A stretch of 58,714 nt of DNA, counting the filler, from Sphacelaria rigidula (lineage: Eukaryota): the NCBI GenBank assembly GCA_964200075.2. It is 2 parts of 2 records of this genome, joined end to end, with 100 filler letters (N's around TTAATTAATTAA, not from the genome) between each part and the next. Parts side by side here need not be neighbours in the genome. Positions count along the whole stretch, not along the records: positions 29,435 to 58,714 come from CAXNAA020000084.1; 1 more part is not named here. One strand, 5' to 3'. The notes beneath the pieces are model-generated. The model was not told the DNA's origin. It was given only the letters and a program-made list of their open reading frames with translations, and did no database searches. The position numbers and the translations under genes are program-made. Positions 36,401 to 51,400 of this stretch are shown one piece after another. Each line of letters opens with the position of its first letter. The first letter of the stretch is position 1.

Positions 36401-39400
36401 CTAGTCCAGATGCGGTAAGCGGGCAAATCAACTACAGAGCATGCTTGGCACTAGATGAGTGAGCACACGCCACCTTGGGCAATGCGCCTGCAGGAGGGTG
36501 GTGCCAGCACAGCAAATGATGTAACCCTTTCTCCATCATCACCGAGTGATGTGCATACGTTCAACGTGTATCTCCGGTTCTCGTGGTATGTGTTGGCCGT
36601 GTTTCTCCGCGAAGGTCCTGGCCACAGCATCGGCCGTGAGCCGTGCCAACATGGCTACTTCAGACTGGCTCAGACGCTTCGACTACGACCGAGTATTTTG
36701 GTCTCATCCCCAAAGTCGGAAAGATGCGACCGATGAGGGGGGGAGCACGGTGGAGGAAGAGGGGGCCGACATTCCTGCCACTCAGGGCTCGGTCTACGAG
36801 GGATTGGGCGAGAGGATTGTGGATGATGCTATCAATGTCAGTGCCAACCGCTTGTTTCGGAGGTTTGGGGTGGCAAACACACACACACACACACCTTATA
36901 CCGAATGTAGCACCTTGTGCACTTTAACTTCATGTCAAGGAGTGAGCTACCGCGGCACACCCCGCTCAGGATCTCGTTTATCCACATTCACTTGCGAGGT
37001 ACGCACGCCATCACATATGGGCGTGACTAGCGAAGACATGGCCAAGCGATACGAGTGCGCGCATCCCCGTTAGTCTTCTCCGTCGCTTTCCTTCGTGTTT
37101 TGCAGGGCATCAATTGCTCGTGCTTTGCCTACGGACACACGGGCAGCGGTAAGACTTACAGCATGTTCGGCGTTGGTGACCGCACAAGATCGCCGTTCAA
37201 CGCGGCGGAGCTCTCGGGGGCCCCGGAAGGGGACAGATTTGGGCTGGTCCCCCGCGTTTGTTACCACCTGCTACGCCGTTTGAAAGAAGGTCTGCGTCAG
37301 TTCTGTCGTCATTCATGACTTGGTAGCATCAATAGCAGTAGTTCGCACGAGTACAGAACCACTCCAAAAAATATTTCTGTGCTTGTGAAGGCTCTAGGTT
37401 ATAAAAGCCGTTGCTTCCGCAACCAGTCGTCTCGCATCAGTACGTTTCTCGTAGCGCCATCGTTGAGTCGTTGACCTACGGGTACTGCACCAAAAGCGGA
37501 ATTTGGCAAATTCCTGTGGGCAGCGTGCATTACACTTGATACAATTGGTTGAGGTTGCGAGGACTCGAGGTAGAGTTCGGCCCGTTGTGGGTACCGACCA
37601 TCTCTCTGTCTTATGATGGTACACGAGATATATTCTGGGGGTTTCGTACCGCTGCCCAAGAGCTTAGAAGCCTATGTACCGTGAATCGTGGTTCTGCACT
37701 TGCTGTTTCGCGACTCCTTCCTCTGCTCCCGTTACCCAGGTGTTTCGACCGATCCGGTAGCAACAGAAGCTCATCTTTCCGTCCAGTTCGTGGAGATCTA
37801 CAACGATAAGATCAGAGATCTACTCCACCCAGGAGCGGACTCGAGCGCTTTTCGCGTGCGAGAGCACCCTCAAACGGGACCCTACGTGGATAACCTCGTT
37901 CCTGTCCAGGTTGAGTCGTGGAGCCAACTTCGCCAGCTCCTGGCTCTAGGGTGTGCCGCGAGAACGGAAAGGGATACCCCTGAGAACAGCAAAAGTAGTC
38001 GCGGTCACGCGATTCTCACGCTCGAGGTATGATGATGCAGTACAACGTCCCCTGGCATCGCGGTGGCTACTAGCCGATCAGCCGATCTCGATTTGTAGCG
38101 TCCGGGGCGCTTAGCTCACGTAGAACGCGATAGCATGTATGGTGCTGTCTATTAATGGGGCGTGAAGAATGTTGCCTCGACGTTTGAGACGGTTTCCAAG
38201 CGTACGCGTGTTGTGCTAGGGTCGGGGACTGTTTTTTCGTGGTTCTTCGACTTCCGTCTAAAAACACACCACCACAAGAAACCGAACTGTGAAGGGTGTT
38301 GGTGACATGGTGTGGAGCATACTTGTTATTCCCCGCACATGTCTACAATGCAACTGCTTCATTCCGCTGTTATCACTAGCCGCATTCGAATGGCTAGCTC
38401 CCGAGCACTTATTTTGCATCTTCCACTTGTTATCTCTGGTGGTCATCGTCGTTTGGTCGAACTTGTAAACAGTCCCGGACCGCTGCCGGGCAGAGCCGAG
38501 TCCAGATGGTGGACCTTGCTGGCTCAGAGAGGGAGTCCTCTGCGAAAACACGCCGCGAGATTGATGGATCGGATGGCCGTAGCCAAACCACCATGAGAGA
38601 CAGTGGAGGGGGAGAAAGTGCCGATGGCCGTACACTGTCGCAACGGCTGCGCGAGACGGCACAGATTAAGAAGGCCTTGAGCAATCTGGGCATCATCATT
38701 AAGGGCTTGTCTAGGGGAGATCGGGCGGTCGGCCTTCCCTTCCGCGATTCCATACTCACGTGGCTGCTCAAGGTCAGTACCGTTGAACTTACGAACGAGA
38801 CGTAGCATTTTGAATTATTTTATTAAACTATCAACATGATCCACATGCTGGTCGGAATGATGCTCGTTTGTTGCGTCATCCTAGCAGGATAGCTACGGAG
38901 AAATTTTGTTGGCGGTGGTTTGTGTCGAACTGACGCCCCCAACTACATGTACATCGCGCGCAAACATCTCGTAAAAACAGGAAGCGCTTTCGGGTCGTGC
39001 GCGCACCACTATGCTCGCCACGATCAGCCCGTCGTCCGATAACTACGTGGAGACCATGAACACGCTCAAGTACGCCGAGAGGCTACGCAAGGCTAGCGTT
39101 CACATGTATTGGAATCGAGAAATGGCGGCAGCAAAGATCACAAAGGTGAGATCTGCCTTGGTGCAGCCCTGTCTACCGAAAGGATCAGATTCCCTGAGTG
39201 GCATGTGGTGTTCGCTTACGTGCTCTTGCCCACTGGTTGTTTATCATTGCCTTACATTCGCTGTTCGCAACCGAGGCAACTAACTAACAACATGCTTGTT
39301 GTGTTCTTGTGGTATCCGTAGTGAGCAGCTCGCTTTGTAGTCTACCCGATACCTTGCTCGGTATTTGTCTTGTCTGCTGTACACATGTCTACCTCGGGTT

Positions 39401-42400
39401 TACTCGCAGTAAGCAACAGAGATGTGCGCTGACTGTCTGGACTCATCTGGCTTGTACGTCATTGGACGTCGCTTGACTTCCGGTGTTGCGCTTGCTCTTG
39501 ACCAGCCACCTGAAAGCATCAGGAAGGAAATGGAGTCTCTGATGGAGCAGCTTGAAGCGGATGGTATAGAGGCAAAGCGGCAGGTGAAGGTCGCTGTACA
39601 TGTTCCTGTACTCTCATATACTTGTTGGTGTGATACCCAAACGCCCGTGCTCCTCGTTTGCAACACGCGACTCTCCTCAAAGTTCTGTGATTGTACCCTT
39701 TACTTTGCTTTGTCGCTCCGGCTCGCGATCGCAAGAGCCGAGCCCCGCCCCCCTCCGCCCCTTTTTGCTGTTGGGACGTCAGTGTCATGCGAATATTACG
39801 GCTAACCTGCTCTCACACGTTTTACTGTTGACCATCAGGTGTTGTACCAGACAGTGGCCGACCCCCAGCAGCGCCTTGCCAAGCTGACAATGAAGGACCC
39901 GAGGCGTGCTCGCAGGTTTAGTGACTCCGGGGTGCCTTCGCCTACTATTCCTCGTTTTTCCGGAAACGTCAGCACAGATGAGTTGCGTCGCACGACACTT
40001 CCTGGCACTCCGTCTCCGAACCGCTTCGGTTGGAAACCCTTCTCCCCGACGCTGAGTTCCGAGGCGTCTCCAGCCAAACCTGGTGACGGAAGTGGCGAGA
40101 TTTGGGGTTCTCCCATCGTGACAGCCGAAGACATGTCCATTGCGAGCGCGATTTCCGGCGGAGCCAAGGGGACTGTTGATGAGGACCACTCGCACCCGAT
40201 GGGAGGACCGCGCGTATCCCTCTCAACGCAAACGAAGATGGCTACTCGTCACAGTGCCAGTGGTGGGGGTAATGTGGGTGGTGTGGGAGGAGTCTCTGGA
40301 CCTCCTGGTGCTGAGAATAGGTCTGCGAACCGCCCAGAGGAAAACATGAACTTTCGACGAACTGCAGAGAGATATGGCCATGGCCGGGGAGAGACTGAGC
40401 AACTTTGTAGTAACAGTGACAGTGACAGTGAAGTTGAGGCTGAGAGCGACGAGGAAGACAGTATTGTTGTCACTCAACGTACAGGCGCACTCCAAGCAGA
40501 CGGGAACGACAAATACCCATCAGTGGCTTCTTCATTGAGATTTTCGGAGGAGAGCGACGGCATTGACCTGCCAGGTGGCCAGGTATCGGGTGACGTCCCT
40601 GTCGGTACCGTTGCCACACCGTACAACGAAGATTGCAGTGCTGGCAATGAAGACCAGGAACAATCTCTGTTCAATGCCCAGCAATCTCGCGTAGGTCCCA
40701 ATCAACTAGGGGCGGGTTTGTCAGACGACCGTAGCGACAAGGGCAGCTTACCATCTGTCGTCATTAACGCGTCGGCCACGCCAGCAGAGGCTCATCCTGG
40801 CACAAATGGATCTTCCTCTACTCCTACGGCGGAGACGCTAGACTTCCCTGTCCAATTCGAACCACCCTCTATACCCTCCCCTGGGGGTGCACATCGAGAG
40901 GGGGAAGACTCGACGCATTCTATCCCAGGTGGTGACGCGAGTAGGACGGGGAGAGCCACTACATCTGCTGCCTCGAGCATTCCACCGAGGCACGTCAGCT
41001 GGGAGCAGCAATCTGCAGGTAGAGATACAGAAAATGGCAGGGTCCATGGGACGGCTCGACCGATAGCAACGAGCTTTACGGTACAAGACACAATCGCCGA
41101 ACACGGAGACGGCGACGACGGCATTTCTGCCGCCAGTTACGCTTCCGCGGGACGATGTGGCGGTGAAGCAAGAGAAACCGGATGTCGACCTCCTGCAGGT
41201 CGTGCGAGTGATGTAAAGGATGGCGATCAGCAGCTACCAAATGAGTCGTTCTTGCAGGCCTCAGTCGAGTATGGAGTGGGCAGCGGAATGGCGGCTTTGG
41301 CTGCAAGCGGAGTCTTTGACATGTCCGGTACGTCGGGCGAGGTAGGCGGTGATGACACGGAGGAGGGTGTTAGCGTGGAAGAATATGATAGCTTGGATGG
41401 GGATGACCACGACATGAGTGGTCTACACGGACGGAATAGGCTCTCGCAAGAGCCGCAGGTCGAAATCGCCGGCTCGTCTCGATCTCGGTGGATGTCGACA
41501 GGAGCGACAAGGGATGTTGCAACTCAAGTTCAACGAGAGAATACAATGGGGATAGTGGACGATCTCATGCGAGAGGTAAGAATAAACGAACGTACGTAGT
41601 GGGGCACCACGTTTCGTGGGGTACATTTCCTTCCTTGCGCATGGTCCGCTTTCACTGACCTACAACGCCGAAACACGCCACAGTATAGCTTAGATGCAAT
41701 GTCGTGGCTGCAGCGAGTGATTTCCTGTCGAGATACGATCAACTTTGGTTAACCCCTCCGCGAATCTGGTGTATCAATCGTGTTTCGTTCTCCACGTGCG
41801 CCGTATTGTCTTGTCGTCTTGTTGTTTTGTCGTCTTGAGGTTGAACAATTGCGAGACGAGGTTTTGCGGCTGAACACACAGCGACGAAATAATGAGGTCA
41901 GTGCAGAAAGGCCTTAGGGCCAATTATGTGCTGTGAACCTCGGCTTCGAGTTCACTGTTGCGATAGAGACTTGTTGTGCTGGGGGGAGGTGGAAAGGTTG
42001 TGACGGGATGCTGCACAGCTGCAAGAAAAAGAAAGACTGGGTACGATGTGCGCACAAGTTGAGCTTTTGTCACGACCTCTGGAACATGACATCCCACGCA
42101 TCATCCGTGCAACCAGTGAGTCCGTCGTCTCATCGATTCTTCGGCCGTCGGTCGGTTTTATGCTGCTGTTTAGTCCGCGAATGCTGCTGTGAATTGTGGC
42201 CAGTTGAGTGGTTCGCGTATGTGAGGTCGAGTGATTTTTCACAGTGGGGTATACGGGAAAATCCACCTTTAGAGCGCTGCCGGAGTTGATTTTTCGCAAT
42301 AAGCTATAGACTCGACTAGGCGCTTTGTCACTGCATGATGTCCCTGATTGAGTCTCCACTCCGTTGTAAATACCACATAGCACTATTAAACATAAGCGAT

Positions 42401-45400
42401 CATATATCTAAAACTACGTCAGGCTTCTCAACAGCAAGCGTGGGCCGCTAGCGATGAGGCTGATCGTGTCGTGAGAGAGCTCAGATTGCGCCTGACCTCT
42501 ACAGAGCGAAGCCTCGCGAACGAGACAGAGAGAGCTCAAGAGGCGGAAAGGGTGGCACAAGAGGCAGCCACACGCGCAGACCATCTCGCCGTCGACGGCC
42601 GAAACGCTGCCGGTGTCCTCGAGGATGCTCGGAGGAGGGCGCGTGAATTGGAGCAGCGGGCTGTGAAAGCCGAAGCAAGAGCTCAAGATTTGGTTTCCCA
42701 GGCCAAACAAGACGGTGGTCGTCTGTCCGCCTTCCAGGATGCACTAGAGGAGCAGGTACAGCGAACGCAGGAGGCAAACCGAAGAGCGGAGAAAAGCGAG
42801 GCGGCTCTGGAGGCTGCGGGACAAGATATCGATGTTGCCGTCAAAGCAGTTCAGCGGACCGCGGATGTGGAGAGGAAAAGGGCGGAGGAGGCTGAGAATC
42901 GCGCCCAGCTCGCAGGTGCTCGCTCGAAGCAGCTCGCCGCTCTGGTGGAAGAGCACGGCAGACGCTTGGCGAGTACGAAAACCTCGCTTGAGGAGGCGAG
43001 CGCCAGAGCGGATGAGGCAGAGGAGCGGGAGCGGCAAGCCACGACTGTGGCGGAAGAACTGGTGGCTCAGTTGCAGGAGCGAGAAGAGCGGCTGGCCAAG
43101 GCAAGGGAAGCCGGTGCTGAGGAGGCGGCTCGCGCAGACGCGGCAGTGGTACGTGAAAGTGAGGCGGCTGAAGGCAAGAGGGACGCGGAGAATCAAGCGA
43201 AGGAACTGACGCGTATGTTGGAGAGACAGCGAGAAGAGCTAGAGGAAGTGAAGAGAGAGGTGAGAAACAGCTGTGCCTATCCCCGGGGTGGTATGGCAGC
43301 TATTTTTTTTGGATCGCCGACCCAAGGGCTCTGATATTGACGTGTTGCGCGAATTGGGTGGGTGGATCATGTGCGTGGTGCGCGATTATCCTCAGTCGTG
43401 CTGTTTTGTTATGAACGCACTCACCTGAAGGCAGCATATGTGTGTGAATCTCAGTTTGGCTCCTTCGAATGTTCGTTGAAGGTGTAATATTTCACCGACT
43501 GTAATTTGCTCTTCACCTGGGGGATGCATACAGGGAAGACTGTGCTGACTGTGGTGATACTTTCAAGCATTTACATACAACACGCGCAACATGCTCCGGA
43601 AACACATACAGGCTGGTTCAGGGTGAACGAGCAGAATCTTGCACTCAAGCGAGCGCTCACGCCGTTTTTTGGAATTAGACCCTGAAATTTTGCACACGGG
43701 TGCTCTGAGATATTTAGAAGGACTGTATTAATGGGGGTTTGACGATTTTTTGTTATTCGCCAGATATCCGGGGTCCTGGGAGGGGGGTCAAACCCCAATT
43801 TTTATTTTGAATCAATCTGTACCGACTTCTAGGGGTCTTCACGCTGAGACCACCGGAAGCTGGTCCAAAGCGGATATAACTTGAAATATTCTTCAACGTT
43901 TTATTTGTTTTCATTCTTGGCACCCGTATTTACCAAACTGCCAAGTTTGAGGATGATCGGAGCTTTTCGACGAAAATTAGAAGGGAAAACGTCAAGAGAC
44001 CTTTAGGGTCTTCGATGCATATTTTCAGTGCAAATACGACGACGACGAAACCCCACATCACCGTAATACCATGTTTTGGCGTATAACTCGATCCCATACG
44101 GACTGTTTTCAAATATGTTGTTCGTGTTGGATTCCCTAGCGGATGGCGATTACTTGGGTTCGATTCGTGATAAGATTAGGTACAAATTAAGTCGGAAATT
44201 AGCATGTTCAATTTCAAAACAATTTGAAGGCCGCTGATTGGCCTAGAAACATTTTCACCAACAGTGCCACGCCAAAGGACGCAAGAAAAAAGCTGGCCGT
44301 GTTACACTGTTTGCTTGCTTGTGAGGGTCACTATGATGCCAAATATGTTTTGCGTTCTGTATTTAGTAGGGAATAATTTGGGCATCCATCCTGAATCAGC
44401 CTGTCAAACCATCTGGAGCACCTACGTAGCGATGGCAATGTTAAATTCGAAGGCTGCTCCTCCCCCGGCGACCGGCGACCCCACAACTCACGACGGGGGT
44501 GGAATTTTCTGTTCGCACATCGTACAGTAGTTAGTACGAACTCAGGCACGCAGGATGCACTCTTCAACAAGAAGAAAGCTCGTTGGCTCATTCTTCATCG
44601 CGCGATGTGGTTGTGTGTCTGGGTTGGCTAGTCCAGTGGGATACTACCTCGAGCAAAGAGGGTGCGATGTTGGGTCCGATTGTCGCTCGCTTGACTATCG
44701 CCGACCTCATGACAAGGGGTGTAGAATTTAACATTCGTTCGACCAAAAACATTGTTGAGCAATAACATGAACCGGAATGAAGGGGGGACCCACCGTTTCA
44801 TCCATATAATAATGTATAATAATGCTAAGAAGGAGGCAAACCAGTGCCCGACCTTGGGGTTCGAGCGTCGCTCGCTCGTCCATCCACCGCCGACCTCGCG
44901 ACGGGGGTGCAGGTACAGTACTGGGTACACATTGCTGTACCGTTTTGGTGCACTACACGGTGCCGGGTAAGGTGTTGGCTTACTGTTTCACAGTGGTATG
45001 CGTCAGTCGACGTACGTTTCTCCTTTAATAGTTCTGTGCGTTCGTTGCGTGACGGGGCTCTGTAATAGTACAGTACCTATAATAGTACCTATAACAGTAC
45101 TGTACCTGTATTAGTACAGTACCTATAGTAGTACCTATAATAGTACAGAACAGGGTTGAACAACGTTTTCGTGAGATTGAGAGTAGAGCGCTGCTTGAGA
45201 GTGGCTTTGGTCATTCGCTTTAACTTAGCCATTTTTTCATCCCGCGTGTGCTTTTCTTTGCCTCCATCACTGGCGTGTGCTTACTACTACAAAAAGCATA
45301 TTTGGCCTCGTGAAGGGGCATTTCGGAACTGAGACGATTCATTCACTATTCGACCACTTTTCACTCTCAATCGTATCCTCTACTCTCAATCTCACGAAAA

Positions 45401-48400
45401 AATTGTTGTTGGTTTTACCTCGTGATTAGGGTGTGTTGTACGTGCGTTATTAATAGTGTCTCGGCAGCATCGCGTGTCCTATTTATTTGTTTTTTGTCGC
45501 ACTTCGGACCCCTCCCCCTCCTCAGGACGAGTCCGTGGCCTGTCTGTCTCAAGGATCAACTCATCTGTCCCCGGTACAAGCCTTGCATTTTGGTCTCGCG
45601 GATTGGGTTATGACTATCAGCACTCCCGCACCGCGTCAAGTCTCATCAACCAAACGCAGTTAACCACTTTTGTCTTTTTACGCACTCACGCCGTCCACTG
45701 TAGAAATTGGATACCTCGAAGAAAAAAACCAACGCGTCGGGAATCGACCCCACGTGCTCTCCACTCTCCACCCTAATGATGACAATCGGACCGTGGACAT
45801 ACGCGAAGAAATACTTTCTATCGTAAACACCAGCCGCAACTTTTGTGCCCAGGATCCAGGCACATGATCTGTGACTCCACCCAAATATGCCTAGTGTGCT
45901 GAGTGTGCTGCTGACATGTGAACGTTGGTGGGGCGTGTCATGAACGGTGCACTTGTGATGCACCGTATTCGTGTAGAAAAAGCGGCGTGGATGTTGCTGT
46001 GGCAGAGGTGATACAATACGTACGATGTGTTATTGCTATGTGTGGTCGCGGTGAAATCTACCCGCCATACATGTCTCTGTTGAAGCTCGCAGCGAACGGC
46101 CGATCATACTTGGGAAAATCAATATGTTTTCATTACCTCGTGTTCACTTCCAAGCGCTTCATTTCTGTTTTTTCAGAGGCGTGGCAGCCCAACCGTTGCT
46201 GTTGTTTACCGTGGTGCAGCCCGTTGCATTTCATGTTCGTGTGCGGCAGTCAGAGGCCGTAAGCTATCGAGACCATAGCTGATCCCAACGTGCAGTCAGA
46301 GGATAATTTTCTCAGTCCTGAATCGGTACAAGTAGGCTTCGCCGACACCTGCGCAAGAGCAGAGGCTGGGGGTCATTTGTGAAACCTTTTCTTCTATACT
46401 CGAGCTACATGTTCGTGGTCTGAATCGGCATGTCTCAACGCAGTCATGGTGCACTAACAGAAACTACATGGGTTTCCCAAGCGAGCGAACGGATAAACAC
46501 GAACCACTTCCTACACAACGGTGCTTGACTTGAAAAAACCCGGCACAACTGTGTTCTGTAGGGCAAAACACACACACACACACGAGAATACTCAGGTTAC
46601 GTTCCGGCGACACATGAAAAGTTCTCTGCTCAATGCCCGCTGCGGCGTTGCTGTGGTTTGGTAACTCGTGCTTGACAGAAACAAAGATCCGTTGCTGAGG
46701 TGAGAGCGGCTGCCGAGACAGAGATGGAGCGATCAGCTACCCGCAGAGATGGGATTCTGGAGGAACGTGATCGAGCCTTGGAGCAGGTGAGGCTATGACC
46801 GCCAAGCATTTTGATTGTCATTGTCGCCTCTTTTCGGGGAAAGACGAGCACAACCCCATGTCGCCAGTCGCCAGTCGCCAGTCGCCATGCATGTATTCCA
46901 ACATCATTCAAAGGTGCGTCAAGCTTCCGGGTAGCTGCGGTCACTGTAGTCTACCCCTCTATTCTGGCGGGACGCAGCATTTTCGAATAGACTCCGCCTG
47001 GAGCGGTACTGATGCCTGCTCTGCTATTTCGATCTATTATAGCTTTGAGGATGGCTTGTGTATCCGCTGCCTGGTCAACATGCCGTGTGCTACGCTGGCA
47101 CCCGTCGTTGCCGAGTATGTGTGCGGCTTCGCACAGCGCGCGTCATGCACTGACATCAGCATTGGCTATTCTTTTGTTGGGATTTGTATGTACATGGAGA
47201 GTGCCCGTGATTTGGAACGTATATTATTCAGGCTGTCTTCCGCCGACTTATCGTTTCGTGGTGCGATGCGATGCACCTGCAGGTGGAAGATGAGCGCACG
47301 GAGGTGTTGCGGTTGACGGACGAGTTGAGCAAACTCCGCCTCGCAACACGGCATGAGGTTAAGGCAGCTCAGGAGAGAGAGGCGGCGTTGAAGACTTTAC
47401 TCGCTGACGAGGCTGAGGTACCGTGCAGTTCATGAAAAATTATCTTCGAAAATTAGGTTGAACGTTAAAATAAGTTTCAACGTCAACACCGTGCTTTTCC
47501 GGGCCTAAAGTAATGACAAATGATTTTCATGCAGATAACCTCAGGCCCCCGACCTCCCTGAATCTGTTTTCGGGGGTTTCCTGTCTTCCGTTCCCCCCAA
47601 AGGGTATGTGGGAGAGCACCATTTTCGGGCTGAAATCGTCCCTTTTCTCACCCCGAAGTCGAGGCAAGAAGGTGCTTTCTCAGATACCCAGTGGAGGTTG
47701 AAACGGAACGCGGGAAACTCCCGCCAAAATAGTTTCAGGAAGGTTGGGGGGCATTACGTCGTCCATATAAGTGTCATTTGTCATCACTTTGAGCCATGGA
47801 AAGCACTGTTTTGGAGTTGAAACTCATTTCATGTTCAACCTCATTTTGGAAAATAATACGATGATAGTCTGTCAAACCCCACATCGGTTTTTGCGCATGT
47901 TTTTTTGTGCACTGTCACCACGTTCGTAGCAATACTGTCTGTCGAATACGTCGTACCAAGTCTTGAGGGCTGATGGTTGAGCAGCAGCACCAACAACGAC
48001 GTCGTTTCCAACGTTGAAATATTTGAAATGATTGACTTATTCTCCACCTAGCACCTTGACTCTGGAATCCCCGACCCACCGCTTGCTGGGTATTGTGCTG
48101 AAATGTATGCTGCAGAGGTCCCGCGCGGAGCAGGCGGACGTCGAGGAGCTTTTGTCGCTCATCACCTCTGCTCAGGAGAGTAGTAAAGGCGATGCTGCGG
48201 GCGTTGGCGGGGTGAGATGCGCCGTTTTGTTGAAGTTTTGGTATCACTTACTATTGTACAGTGGACCCGGTAGCGTCAGCGATATACAGTGGCGTTTTGT
48301 TCGCACGGGTTCTTGATAGCCTTGTGTACCTATTGACGTAGATGCGCCTTCGACGTATGCTACCAGCTGTTATCAGCTGTGTGGCATCTGGCACTGTGTT

Positions 48401-51400
48401 GGTGTCACCAGTGCTTATGGTGATACTCGAGCTGGAAGCTCTGCACCTGGACGCATAAAATATTGTAGAATAGGAGAGAAGGAACTCGTGCATGGATGTC
48501 AGGTTTGCGTTCTGGCGTTAAATAGACTATTTTAATACGCGTCTGACAAGCAAAAACGCTGGGAGCCTGTTCGTTCTTACTCGGATGTGCTGTGCTCCGT
48601 TGTACTGTGCCATGCTACAGCAACCACAGATTTCCATCGCTGGGGCACGGTTCGTGGTTGAAAGAGAGCGGGCAGAGCTTGAAGCGGCACGAGATCGCCT
48701 GCTGAGCTTGGAAGAAGAAAACAACGCCCTCCACAGGGAACAGGAAACCGCACGACAGGTGCCTCTATTTTCCTTCTCACCCGATTTCGTGCAATGCAGC
48801 ACATTGTAGTTAGTGGGTGAAATGCAGCACAGGCGGAGAAAATATGAAGAGACAGTTGTCGAAGCGCAACACGATGGCAAGACTCAGCCGTTGCTCGTAG
48901 TTGTTTGCATGCATCGGCGCTTGATGGGTTGCTCCGTCGTCAGGCAGTACGATAGCTTTTGTGCCCTTCGACGGTTTTATGCCGCGCGCGCCTTACGGGA
49001 AACGATGTCGACGTGTTACGCGGTGTGAGCGTGCAGGTCCCGTCGGAGAGAGTGCGCCGTGTGGAGGAAGAGAGGGACAAGTTGGCGAGGGAAAATGAGG
49101 CATTATTTGAAAGATTAGAAGAGAGTCGAGCGCGGCAGCGCCGCATGACGCAAGATCAGGAGACGCAAGCCAGGGCCATTCACTCGTCACGTGAAGTTCA
49201 GACGCAGACCGCTTCTCGAGGTAATGGTGAAAGAAACGTATGTGGTGACGTACCGTTGTCATGACCCCCGAGGACCCTCGGAAATTCTCGATTTTTTTTA
49301 CTGGGTGATCATGGAGAAACGGTTTGCGCTTGCGAACACTAGCGTCAGGCGAATCCAGAAGGCGAATCCAGCAATGTCGAAGTCGTCCGTTTTTCTGGTG
49401 CTTTCTCCGTTGCTCGTGTGGCGTTGCGTTGTTTTTTTCGACTCTGACGATGCGCAGCAAATGAGGCTGGGGCTAGCACACGGCGAACCGAGCGAGATGC
49501 AGACATGCAAACCTTGAGGCGTGGGGGCAGAGACGGGGTAGACTCAGAGTCCTTGATGAGCAACGATGGCCCGGGGCGCGAGGGAAAGCGCCGCGAGGAG
49601 GAAAAGGGCTCAGAGCTTGTAGGCCTAAGGGAACGCTTGGCCATCGAAGAGCAGCTGCGGCAGGAGCAGGCGCAGCAGTTCCAGGAACGGCTGAAAGAGG
49701 TAAGTTCAGGGCAAAAAAAAACGTGTTTGCCGAGTTGATTTGCGAGTTTTTTTTCATGTCATGAGAAATCACCGGTTGTTCTTGTGTGGGATTTGAAAAA
49801 GAGGAGCTCCCACGCGGGCATTTTGTGAGGCTTCAAATAGCTGCCGTTTAGGGTTTCGGGCGTTTCAGGCGTGCCAAAAGGGTCACATTGCAAAGTGGCA
49901 TCTTTTGCGTTTCACTGTACCGGAAACAGGTGCACAGGGAGGCTGAACAAAAGACAAGTAGCTCCATTCGCAAGGTGTTGGAAGGGGTCAAGACGCAGGC
50001 TAAGCACATCAAGGACACGGTCACACGCTTGGAGAGCGAGAGAGATCAAGCTGTGAGGGCGAAGGGCGATGCCGCGAAGGAGCTCGAGGTGGGTGCTGGC
50101 GAGAAACGGCACACGCAACAGTTACGACGTTAATTAATACCAAAGTCGACGACGTGACCGATTTTCACGTACGTGTGCTGCCACCTGCTTACGCGCATGG
50201 CCTCCACGGATTTGCAGACACTGGGAAGTACTCGAAAGTATGGTATTTGCGCTGCGTGGCGTGCTCTTCTCACTTCCTCCTTGCTTGCTTCGTTTGGCGA
50301 TACAATCGCACGACTGCTCTCAGGACACGAAATCCAAAATGAAGGCGCTGCATGATGAGCATCACAAGACCAAGATCGTGTTCGAGGAGCAGATGAAGGT
50401 GTGCTACGCACCTTTGCCATTATTCTTAGCTCGTTCCCTTCATTTCGAAAGATCGTACTTTGTCAGATCCCGGTGATCGTCGAGTAGACGTACACACCTT
50501 TGCGTGAGGTAGCGTAGCTGGCAGAGATATTTGTCAAAGGATGCAGGCCTTTCCGTCTCTTGATAAAACATGACAATCGCCCTTGAGCGTGCTCTGTGCT
50601 TACTTACCGGGTGATGCAATGGAAAACGAAAACAGACGGGGACGGGTGCGCCCTTCGAACGGTCCAAACCTAATTCCCGCCGCGACGTAAAATGCGTTTT
50701 CGATCTGTATCTCACGCAAAAAGTACGATACTGCGCCTGCCAGTCGAAATTTTGCCTGTTCGCACGTTGCATTTATGTATGAAGATCAACACGTCCCACC
50801 GCACCGTGCGCGCACACTGTTCCTTTTACAACTCACGTGGCGTTGTACGGATTTTTTTTTAATGCCCTGCTGGTGCGTCTTTTACGTGCCGTAGCGTTTC
50901 ATTTCTTTCCCCGATCAGTCGATACTCAGTTCCGAGACCTATCGGTAGGATTGATGGAGCTAACCCTCGAGGGCCAGAGGCTTTCTCTCCCGGGAGAAAA
51001 ATCTCTCCACAATGTAATCATATTATAGTGTATCACGCAAATGATGCAAGCGAGCCAGTCAGACATGATGACACAGGAGTCAAATGTCCAAGTACCCCCA
51101 CGCTCCCCCCAGATGACACCATTGCCCAAAGCAAAGTTACGCTGTAAGCACCAGATCTGTCTCGGGAGTATTCATGTCAAGCTCTTCGTGGGCATAGCTC
51201 TTGATGAGATTCATGGCGCAGTACGACCCCAATCCTTCTCCAACGCCCCTCGTTGACCGTGATCGTGCGTTACTCTATTAGAACAATGCGCGCGAGCGGG
51301 CGGCCCTATGGCTGGCAGTGAACAAACTGGACGTACTGGAGGCCGCCAAAGATTCCATGATCGAGAACCTTCAGGTGACGGACAGTTTATCATTTCTGCG

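Noticed and set aside
45704..45825. Additional kinesin exon
   Set aside because: The phase-0 reading reaches a stop without a convincing donor; the flanking exons already join in frame.
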